This document shows positions 38,869 to 49,646 of a DNA stretch of 64,000 nt, piece by piece. Location of the stretch: contig JAHBMJ010000190.1 in the NCBI GenBank assembly GCA_018398765.1, forward strand, positions 62,001 through 126,000, read 5' to 3'. Positions within the stretch are counted from its first letter, which is position 1. Each line of letters opens with the position of its first letter. The notes under the pieces were generated by a model. It ran no database searches, was not told the DNA's origin, and saw only the letters and a list, made by a program, of their open reading frames with translations. This DNA is from Chromera velia. Taxonomy: Eukaryota. The translations under genes and the position numbers were made by a program.

Positions 38869-40681
38869 CGTGTGCGTCTGTGTGCTTTCCTGCGTGCGTG
38901 CATCTGCTTTCTGCCTCGCATATCTGTTTATGAAGTGTAGTCTAATTCTGACTTTGAAGAGCTGCAGAAGACACCACATGATCCTGCGCGGAACCTTTCT
39001 GCCATCAAGAAAGCACTTGACGCACGCAAATTTGGATGCGTCCTTGCGTGCGTCAATTGATCCTGCGCAGAGCCTTTCTGTCGGCAAGGAAGCGTCGTTT
39101 TGCCTGAAATGGAAGTACGAAATTTTACCGACACACCGATGCACGGCCGGTGGATGTTCTGATGAATGAATGAATGAATGAATGCAGGCAACGCCTGGGA
39201 ACCGGACTGGCAGTACACCCAGACGGTCTCCCAAGTTTTCTTTCTGCTCTTCGTCCTGTTAGCAGTCATCGTCCTCACCAGTGCTGTGAGCGCCTCCTTC
39301 ACTGCTGTTGCCGGAAGCATCTCTGAGGAGATGGAGAACCTCGTTCACCTTTCCAGACTCCAGAAGGTTGGTTCGCAATGAAGTCGGCCTTTTCCTTCCC
39401 GTCTCTGCATTGAATTTCTCCTTAATTTGTGATTTCTTCTTCTCTTTCTCTTTCGACACGTCCACTCGTTTTTTCGATACAAAAAGACAGGAAATAGAGG
39501 GCGTATGTCAAGATACGGATGGAAAGATTTATTTAGACCCACTTGGACCTCTTTTTTCCCGTTTTCTGCTCACAAAAATCTCTCTTGTGCGTTTGCCCTC
39601 GTGCATGTTCCGTCTGCATAATTTCCTCTCTTTCTGTGTGTACGACATTGTCTGCCTGGTGCACGCGTTTACTTTCATACAAAATTCCTTTTCATACAGA
39701 ATCCTTTTTCGTTTTTCTTTTTTTTGTATGAAAGAGGATTCTGTGTGTATGGCATTGTCTGCCTGGTGCAGGCCTGCAGGTGGTGGACGCAGAGTTTTTT
39801 TTCTGTATGAAAAAGAATTCTGGAAACAATGAATGCAGGTGGTGGACGCAGAGTTCGCCTTTTTTTTCTGTATGAAAAATAATTCTGTGTAAAAATGAAT
39901 ACAGGTGGTGGACGCAGAGTTCGCCATGAGTCCGGAGTTTCTAGACAGAGTCCACCGAAGTCTTCCTTTTGGTGAAGAGAACAATTTCGATGGAAGCCGA
40001 GATGTGGCACCTCGCCGTGCACTCCGCGCTTCCTTTCCCACTGAGTGGCAGGTAGGACCCTGTCTGTGTTTATTTTGATTTTTTTTTTAATTTTTTTGGA
40101 TTTGTTTTGGATTTTTTTTTTTTTTTGCTTTCTTTCCCACCGAGTGGCAGGCAGGCGCTGAACCCTCACCATGCACTCTCTTGGAATGAAAGCAAAAAGG
40201 CCACCCTCCCTCCTTGCACCTCGAGCATCTCGCTCGTCCAACAGAATCGTGACAGACAAGTTATTCATACGGGAGGGGACCCTGTCTGTGTGAAGAGGGA
40301 TTCAAAACGATTCTGATTCTTTCCTTACTTTTTTTGTGTGTTTTTCTGGCTGGCCTTCTGTGATTGGTCATTATGCAAGGCTGACAATCAAAGCAAAATT
40401 CTCCATCGACTGAAGCATGTAGACTTACCCTCTTTCCATTCATGCATGGATCTGCGCAGTCTTGCAACCTCCGTCCCGGGCGACTGGAGAGATATGAGTC
40501 GGAGGAGTCGGGTGAGGTCCCCTGGCCCTCCGAGAGTGAGAGCTCGAAGGGAGGCAACGCCGCCGCGAACAATCGGCTGTCTTTGAACTATCAGGTCATC
40601 TCAGCTCTGGTGACACTAGACAAACAAAGGGGACAGGTGCTCCTTGGAACGACCAAAATTACCCGCATCGTCAGTCTGTGA
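32630..40681 (+). CDS. Divergent TRP/polycystin-like ion-transport channel, multi-exon; 3' end uncertain (40316 or 40681)
   Basis: First exon 32630-33157 (MERQRSPA...). Pre-S1-like [13 protein letters not shown] (~35640-35680) and TM exon ~36921-37408. Spliced S5-pore-S6 reads [21 protein letters not shown]...[54 protein letters not shown]...[13 protein letters not shown]...[11 protein letters not shown] (exons 38062-38173, 39188-39366, 39905-40051). Confidence 0.68.
38174..38455 (+). repeat. (GTGA)n microsatellite beginning at a splice donor
   Basis: About 280 bp of GTGA repeats start exactly at the GTGAGT donor of the pore-helix exon. Confidence 0.9.
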
Positions 40682-40755
40682 ACTTCCGGAGATATCGATT
40701 CTCTCCCACCTTTCAAATTGTCATCCCCTTTTCTTTTCAGATCGCGATTCCTTTG

Positions 40756-41920
40756 CTAGTTATTGCTAGAGCTCTTTTCATTCCTCATTCGCCTCTCCTC
40801 TGCAACTTCGACAGTCAGCCAGTGGAAGTGTTTCGGTGAGTGTCTTGAGGGCGTCGTTGTGGACAGAAAATCCTGTTCCCGTGTACATGTCCCGGCACAA
40901 TGCGCCGCTTGCTCGTATCGCGCGACCTCATTCTCAGACTGCATGGATCGACTCCTGACGCACGCACACGCGCATGCATGTGTTTGATTCTCTCTCAGCA
41001 CTTCTGTAATTAACCGTTCACAATCTCAGTGCTTTGAATTTGAATTTTTTTGGATTTTTTTGGATGCTCTCTCGGCACTTCTGTAAGAAACCGTACACAA
41101 TCTCAGTCCTTTGAATTTGAATTTTTTTGGAGTTTTTTGGATGCTCTCTCGGCACTTCTGTACTTAACCGTTCACAGTCTCAGTGCTCCCAGAAACTGGA
41201 AACTGCATCCTGGCGATCGATGAGGAGAATGTGAAAGCAATTCACTTAATTCATACCTGCTGGCATGCTTGCAGCTCCGCCAATGCCGAAAATCGATGTC
41301 GAAGATTACAGGCAGTGTCAGTGGGGCCCAGAGCAGCGACATGACCAGCACGTTTATGACGAGAATCGCCAGTCCCCGCGACGCTCTGTTGGAGACCCAA
41401 AAGGGGAAGAAGGGGCAAAAGACGCGTGCATAGACGGATAGATAGATCAACTGGGGGGAGGAAGGCAAAGAGGGGGGGAACGGGAAGGCAAAGACTAGGG
41501 CAAAGAGGGCAAAGAGGGCAAATAGAAGAGGAGAAGGAAGGTGTAGCAGACGCAATGAAAAGACTTGGGGTTGGACAGAGGTTTAGAAAGCAGGAAAGGC
41601 AAGAAGACACACCCATTGGTGGGAGAGGGGAGGGAATGAAGAAAGCATTCAAGACGGAAGCACACATGTTCTGGACAGAGCATCCTGTGCGTCGAAATAT
41701 TGATGTGAACACACAAACAATGTGAGGAGACGAGGTCGTTCATAGGCTTGTAAGAGAGCATGCTGTGATCCATCTTATCGAAAGAAGGAAGGCAGAGATG
41801 GGAGAAGGAAGGGCACCTACCCACCTGTCATCATGGGATGGATGTGTGGGCACCATGGAGGGAGAAAGAAGCGCACGCCCGCGCAATCACTAGAGATCCA
41901 ACCATCAATTCTCGGTACCC
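40756..41920 (-). CDS. Possible small multi-exon hypothetical membrane protein
   Basis: Hydrophobic exon-like stretch RGLAILVINVLVMSLLWAPLTLPVIFDIDFRHW ends at an AG|GTATGA donor (~41256). A terminal exon candidate SENEVARYEQAAHC...* lies at 40756-40940. No recognisable domain. Confidence 0.3.
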
Positions 41921-44900
41921 ACATGCATTGATTTCTTTCTGATCTACTTCCTGTTTCGCTGCCCTGCCCTGCTCGCACTACCTGCATGGTTTGTATCATC
42001 TGATCGATCAATGAGTCCATCCATCCATGCAGATCGATCATGTCGGCCGTCCGGGGGAGAATTCATTTAGTGGGAAGAAGCAAGGATCTTTAATTTCTTT
42101 CAGACAAGGACGGAAGAGAGAGAGAGAGGAAGGGAAGGGAGGAGTGGGGGGGGAAAGAAAAGGGGGAGAGAATGCATAAAAGAATTTTATAGACACATAC
42201 AGGAAACGAAAAATTCATTGATTTGTACAAACAAAACGAGAGGCAATAAATGATTTTCACGCAGGTGCGGCGATTTGAACGTAGCCATTTTAATTAATGC
42301 CCAGTGTGGTGGTGCTCGTGTTCCGCACTCTCTCTCTCTGCATGAGTGATTGATTCTTCACCTTCGAACGTCTGCTTGCGCAATCCTTTCCCTTTCGATC
42401 GTGCGTGTCTTCAGTCCCTCCCTCCCGTGTTCCCTCTTAATTCTTGAAAGGAAAGAAATTTCCTTCCTTGCTTCCATGCGCCTATGCAGCCTACACACTC
42501 GATCAGCTTGTTTTGAGAAAGATTTATGAAAGCCGGCTGATGCATCGTCTTGTCCTGTTCACGAAAGCCAAATTGAATCGTAGCAGCTGCTCCCTCCCCG
42601 TTTCCCTCTCTGCACGCCTCTTCTCTCTCTCTCTCTCTCTCTTCTCAGTACATTGGTGCGGCTCCTTCCTTACGCAGAACACGGAAACGAAGCAGCTACC
42701 CGAATATTCATCTGTGTGACCCACCGTTCAGTATAGAGACCGTAACAGCAGCTGTGGCAGATCTCACTGCGTTCTCTTTTATGCAGGCATGCCGGCTGCC
42801 TTCCAATTAAGCCTTTTAGAATGGAATATAAACGAGATCGAAGGTGCATGCATGTTGACAAGAAGCTTGCAAGCGCTGTCTAAGCTGTGGACAGCTAGAG
42901 TTTCAAATAAGGCAATTAACACTGCCGTGTTTTGTTCTCTCTCCTCTCTAAAGAATCTCATGCATGTGTCTGACTGCCTCTTCTTTCTTTGTCTCGGTAA
43001 ACAGACAAGCTCGAGGCCCAACTTTCTTTCCTAGTTTAGTCATGCAGATTTCATTTGTCTGCATGGCATACCTGCATGTTGGGTCACGCAGATATTGTCA
43101 GTTGCATGGAATACCTGCCTGTACGAAAGAAGACGTACAATCACTCCGAGTATTTCCTGCCAACTCACAACTGTTGACAGTAATTTACTCCTTTGTATCC
43201 ATCCATCCATCTATCCATCTATCCATCCATCCATCTATCCGTCAACCTGTCGCAATCTGTCCATCCATGGATTCTCCACCTGCCTGCTCATATGACCTCT
43301 CTGTTGATTTTGTGATTCTCTCTCATTCTATCGACCGCACTATCGATATCTTTCTAATTGATTGATGTGCTTGTCTGTACTGCTTCCCCATACAAGCAAG
43401 TGCACCCATCCCCGAGTTAATTTACTTATCAAACCGCAACAACGGATCGAGCGGGTGGATGCATCACCAGTGGGGTTCAACTTCTCCTGCTGACCAGATG
43501 TCTGGCTGCTAGATGAAAAAGAGATCTATCTCAACCTGAGGGAGACAGTTGGAAACGCACATGAAAAAATGAATGCAGGCAGCCCAGCCAGCGCAGCGCA
43601 GAGCATGGCAGGGAGGGGAGTCGTATTTCTGGACCATCTCTTGGCATGCACATGATATACTGGTTACGTAGGGACTGATGATGGTCGGGTCAGAAGGGGT
43701 GGATGCATCCTTCAGGAGAATTTTAGAATCAATCGAGTGGGGGACAGTGCGGACACGCAACGTTTGTCTCCCATGCAGATGCTGACGTACCGGTATGGTG
43801 TTGTGATTGTGACCTAGTAGTCTTCTCATACATACAAACGAAATTATGATCTTTTTTTTATCGGTCTATTTTCTGCTCTAGTATTCTCTAGAGTATTCTA
43901 TTTGTCGAACAAAAATCAAGTACGCATGGGCAAATCGGAGCAAGCTTATGGGTGTCTGACATACGGACGCGATTAGATTTCCATGTAGATTTCTATTTGT
44001 CTCCGCGTTTTTAGTTTGTTGCTGCTTTTAACCAGGCTTTTAATTTTATTGATTGTTGTCCTTAGACTGTGTTTTTCTACTTTTACAAGCGCGTCTTTCC
44101 TGACTCTGTTTATCTGTATGCATGAATAACTAGATGAATGATCTAGTGAATGATTGAATAAATAGATGAATGCATACATGAATATATAACAATGTACAGT
44201 TTTTTTCTGTATTTCTATATCTCTATATCCTAGCTCTATATCTGTATATATTGTTTGTCTGTAGCTCTGTTGATGTCACTCAGTTTCCTTCACTGTCATT
44301 TTCAAAAGTTTTTTATCAGATTTTTTGTTTTTATATGAGCAGAATCTATGGAAAGCAGCCAGCGAAGCCTCCCTATGTCAAAAAAAAAATCATAAAGCAG
44401 GGAAGGGTTTCCGAAAAGGGAAGCCTGGTGCTGGGGTGCCGTGTAAAGCAAATTTTAGCAAAGTATAGGCAAGGAGTGCCAAGGACGGGGCTGGCGCTAT
44501 GAAGTAGCTTGGCATGGGTGGCAGACTACATCTCATGAATCAGCATCATTCACGCGCAAGCATGCTGCTCCAGAAGTAGAAAAGTTTGAAAAGAAGCATC
44601 TTGGTTTGAATTAAGTATAAATTAAAGTGAACTGCTGGTGTAAAGAACCGAACTGCCTTGATTGTGCGTTGCTACCGAACGCTAGACGCCTATTTATAGG
44701 CGATGATGGTGATGATGATGATGGTTTTTTCTTCTTTGGTCTCTGTTGACCTGTTTGATTGATTAGATGACAAAGCTGACGAGTTTTTAACTTGACTCTT
44801 TAAGAAAAAAAATATTGAATTCAACTTCATCAAAAATCAAAAATAAAGCTAGCGGGCCATAGTAGCAGCGTATCTTTTTGTCTGACCGCTTGATAATAGC

Positions 44901-45114
44901 CTCGATCTTTAGTTATTGAAGCTTCCTAGCTGTATAAGCACACAGTCCCACAAGGTCAAACAATTACTTCTAGCTTCTCTTTCTCTCTTTCCGCTCCTCC
45001 TTTTCCCTCTTTTTCTAATGGAGGTTCTTTTTTTTCAATATTTTACTATTTTTATTTATTTTTTTTTGTATTTGTTTGTAAGGCTAGAATTCACTATAAT
45101 ATATCATTTAAATA

Positions 45115-45635
45115 CACTGTGGTGTTAGGAATAACTAACTTAGTTTGGTTACCGAGGCGGCCGTTACACCGCTCCGTAACCATTTTTATGATTACGGCCC
45201 CAGGTAATCCTACAGAGTCACATTGATTACCGTTGTTTCGGTAACCAAAACAGTGGTAATCGTTCTTTTAAGCAAAATAAATTAGTGGGCAAATCGAGTA
45301 CCAAAGATCGATTTATTGTAAAGTTCTCTTATGTCTAGAAACATGTGTAAGTATGTGTAAGTTAAAGTCAAGTTCTTGATATTATAGAAACAACTTAGAC
45401 AAAAAAAGTTTAAAAATGATCTTTTTTACATTGTACTATACTCGAATACAGTTTTTAAAGATATGTTTCTCCTATATTAGATCTCGATACAACACATTTG
45501 TGGGCAGATACAGCCAGATTACCATAGTAGTGGTAATCCCCTCAAACCCCCCTAGTTACCAAGTTTTGGTTACCGATTTAATGGTAACTAAAAGCTTTCT
45601 AAGAAGGGCCGGTAGTTACTCCTAATAGCACAGTG
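45115..45635. mobile_element. MITE (~520 bp) with ~25-bp imperfect TIRs starting CACTGTG and TA target duplication
   Basis: Left end TA|CACTGTGGTGTTAGGAATAACTAAC; right end GGTAGTTACTCCTAATAGCACAGTG|TA. AT-rich non-coding interior with subterminal GGTTACC/GATTACC motifs. Confidence 0.75.
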
Positions 45636-46049
45636 TACATTCAAAAAGTTAAGGTCTTTTCACCCAGCTTTTCATATATATTCTGCCAAGAATTCTCTTC
45701 TTTGAGCAGTTTTTTTAGAGTTTCTTATTTTTAAAACATTTTTTTGTATTCCTAAAGAAGTTTAATAATACACTAGACAATATGTTAGTGTATTTTTGCA
45801 TCAACTTAATCAACTGTAAAACAATGACACATAGTATCCTCATCTAGACCCTTACGCATGCTTCTAGTCATCTTTGCGTTCAGCCCCTAGTTCAGCCCCC
45901 CAGTCACAGATGTGCTGCCGAGGAAAATTAACTTAAATTCCCTTTGACTGTCTATTTATTCCCATTAAATTGCTTTCACTCCCACTGTCCAAACTCACGC
46001 GTCACGAGACAGACGTTGCATCCTGAGGATCCTTGGGACAAACTGATAA

Positions 46050-46675
46050 CGAAGCCACAAAATGAAGTTGAAGCCATAAAATGAGGTCGAAGCCACAAAA
46101 TGAAGTTAAAGCCACAAAATGAACTCGAAACCACAAAATGAAGTTGAAGCCACAGAATGAAAAGTCGGAGCCATAAAATGAGGTCAAAGCCACAAACTGA
46201 ACTCGAAGCCACAAAACTATCTCGAAGCAACAAAATGAAAAGTCGAAGCCACAAAATGACCACACACACACACATAAATACGCAAACACACACACGCATA
46301 CATACACACACACACACACATACATACACTTGATTTTCAAGTTTCAATAAAAATTATACTCGCTGAGGATTTCTAGTTGGAATGATGTTTATTTTTCTGT
46401 TTCCGAAAGTGATTGGTGGCTGCGAGTGTGCTTTGCGCATATTTATGCAACAGTACAATGGCATCAAGCTGCACTTAAGGACACTCACTGACAGTCTCAG
46501 ACTGGAAGAAAATGTGCATATCATATCAAGCGTAACACTGCCAGGTCTCTTCATTTCAAGTGGTCTGGTGACTATATGACGGTCTTGTCACTGTGTTTTA
46601 TCCTGAGACACGTCAAAACACTTTATTAGTACTTGCTTCTGTGCAGTAAACACACATACAGATACAGACACAGAC

Positions 46676-46707
<32 letters not shown>

Positions 46708-48369
46708 TGGATTTTCAAGTTTCAATGACTATAATACTCGCTGAGTATCTCTATGAATATAATACTCGCTGACGATCTCTAGTTGGAATGATGTTTATTT
46801 CTTGTGTTTATTTTTCTGTTTCTGAAAGCGATTTGTGGCTGCGAGTGTGCTTTGCGCATGTCTATGCAACAATACCATGGCATGAAGCTGCGCTTAAGGA
46901 CACTCACTGACAGTCTCAGACTGGAAGAAAATGTGCATATCATATCAAGTGCAACACTGCCAGGTCTCTTCATTTCAAGTGGTCTGGTAACTATATGATG
47001 GTCTCGTCACTGTGCTTTATTTTAAGACACGTCAAAGCACTTTATTAGTACTTGCTTCTGTGCAATAAACACATACATACAGAAGCACACAGTGTCACAC
47101 TGGATTTTTGAGTTTCTATGACAACGATCGACACTCGCTGAGTAGCTGTGGTTGGAATAACTTTTTTTTTTCAAAGCAGACGAAGCATCAAAATGAGAAA
47201 GCGATGCCGCGGAATAAAGCAGAAGAAACAAAATGAGGTTGAAGCCACAAAATGAAAAGTCGCAGCCACAAAATGAAGTCGAAGCCACAAAATGAAGTCG
47301 AAGCCACAAAATGAAGTTGAAGCCACAAAATGAGGTCGAAGCCACAAAGTGAAGTCGAAGCCACAAAATGATCTCGAAGCCACAAAATGAGGTCGAAGCC
47401 ACAAAATGAAAAGTCGAAGCCACAAAATTATCTCGAAGCCACAAAATGAGGTCGAAGCCACAAAATGAAGTTGAAGCCACAAGATGAGGTCGAAGCCACA
47501 AAATGAAAAGTCGAAGCCACAAAATGAAAAGTCGAAGCCAAAAAATGAGGTCGAAGCCACAAAATGAGGTCGAAGCCACAAAATGAAGTTGAAGCTACAA
47601 AATGAGGTCAAAGCCACAAAATGACGACATACACACACATACATACACACACACACATACATACACACACACACGTACACACACTGGATTTTCAAGGTTC
47701 AATGAAAATTATACTCGCTGAGGATCTCTAGTTGGAATGATGTTTATTTTTCTGTTTCCGAAAGCGATTGGTGGCTGCGAGTGTGCTTTGCGCATGTTTA
47801 TGCAATAGTACCATGGCATCAAGCTGCACTTAAGGACACTCACTGACAGTCTCAGACTGGAAGAAAATGTGCATATCATATCAAGCGCAACACTGCCAGG
47901 TCTCTTCATTTCAAGTGGTCTGGTGACTATATGACGGTCTCGTCACTGTGTTTTATCTTGAGCCACGTCAAAGCACTTTATTAGGACTTGCTTCTGTGCA
48001 GTAAACACACACACAGACACACACACACACACACACACAGTGTCACACTGGATTTTCGAGTTTCTATGACAACGATCGACACTCGCTGAGTAGCTGTGGT
48101 TAGAATAACTTTTTTTTTTCAAAGCAGACGAAGCATCAAAATGAGAAAGCGATGCCGCGGAATAAAGCAGAAGAAACAAAATGAGGTCGAAGCCACAAAA
48201 TGAATAGTCGAAGCCACAAAATGAAAAGTCGAAGCCACAAAATGAAAAGTCGAAGCCACAAAATTATCTCAAAGCCACAAAATGAGGTCGAAGCTACAAA
48301 ATGAAGTCAAAGCCACAAAATGAAGTCGAAGCCACAAAATGAAAAGTTGAAGCCACAAAATAACAACAC

Positions 48370-48401
<32 letters not shown>

Positions 48402-48805
48402 ACACATACACACACGCAGACACACACACACACATACACACACACACACACACACATACACACTCGTTTTCCGAGTTGCAATTGAAAATCATACTCGCTG
48501 AGGATCTCTAGTTGGAATGATGTTTATTTTTCTGTTTCCGAAAGTGATTGGTGGCTGCGAGTGTGCTTTGCGCATGTCTATGCAGCAGTACCACGGCATC
48601 AAGCTGCACTTAACGACACTCACTGACAGTCTCAGACTGGAAGAAAATGTGTATATCATATCAAGCGCAACACTGCCAGGTCTCTTCGATCATTTCAAGT
48701 GGTCTGGTGACTATATGACGGTCTTGTCACTATGTTTTATCTTGAGACACATCAAAGCACTTTATTAGTACTTGCTTCTGTGCAGTAAACACACACACAG
48801 ACACA

Positions 48806-48861
<56 letters not shown>

Positions 48862-49195
48862 CACACTGGATTTTCAAGTTTCAATGACTATGATACTCGC
48901 TGAGTATCTCTAGTTGGAATGATGTTTATTTCTTGTGTTTATTTTTCTGTTTCCGAAAGCGATTGGTGGCTGCGAGTGTGCTTTGCGCATGTTTATGCAA
49001 CAATACCATGGCATCAAGCTGCGCTTAAGGACACTCACTGACAGTCTCAGACTGGAAGAAAATGTGTATATCATATCAAGCGTAACACTGCCAGGTCTCT
49101 TCATTTCAAGTGGTCTGGTGACTATATGACGGTCTCGTCACTGTGTTTTATCTTGAGACACGTCAAAGCACTTTATTAGTACTTGCTTCTGTGCG
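46050..49195. repeat. Higher-order satellite: 19-21-bp GTCGAAGCCACAAAATGA arrays, (CA)n tracts and five copies of a ~290-bp unit
   Basis: Short-unit arrays at ~46050-46259, 47230-47624 and 48178-48361. Long units start at ~46356, 46761, 47711, 48491 and 48893. A ~150-bp linker occurs at ~47090 and ~48039. Confidence 0.92.
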
Positions 49196-49646
49196 ATACA
49201 CAAGGTGGAGAAAAAATAAAAACAATTTTGCCAAAAAAATCTCAGAAAATCCTTAAAAATTGCCCCCAAAAATCTTAGAAAAGAAAAACTGATCGCGCCG
49301 GGCATGCACTGCATGAACCTTTCATTTGCATTGTCTGGCAATCTTATTATGTACAATGAAAATACATAATAAAAATATTAGTAAAGAAAAAAGCAGTTCA
49401 GTCAAAAATTATTCAAGTTCTTAATGGAATTAGACATTTGGATTAGGATGAAATGAATTAATTTAATAAGACAGACTAAGTTTTTTTAAAATTCTAGACA
49501 TATCAACTAGCGAGCGCAGACATGTTTGGCATACTATGCACGAATGATGGGTTCACAACCATTCCTAGGACCATTCACTGCCCCCGCTGTGAAGTTTACA
49601 GTGTGAAGTATTCTAGGCGTGGTTTCAATATATATTTTTATATTAT

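Noticed and set aside
44686..44702. CGCCTATTTATAGGCG palindrome resembling an LTR TATA box
   Set aside because: No LTR termini, partner repeat or TSD could be located around it.
46050..48361. GTCGAAGCCACAAAATGA arrays as a CRISPR array
   Set aside because: Units abut with no unique spacers, there are no cas genes and the context is eukaryotic. It is a minisatellite.
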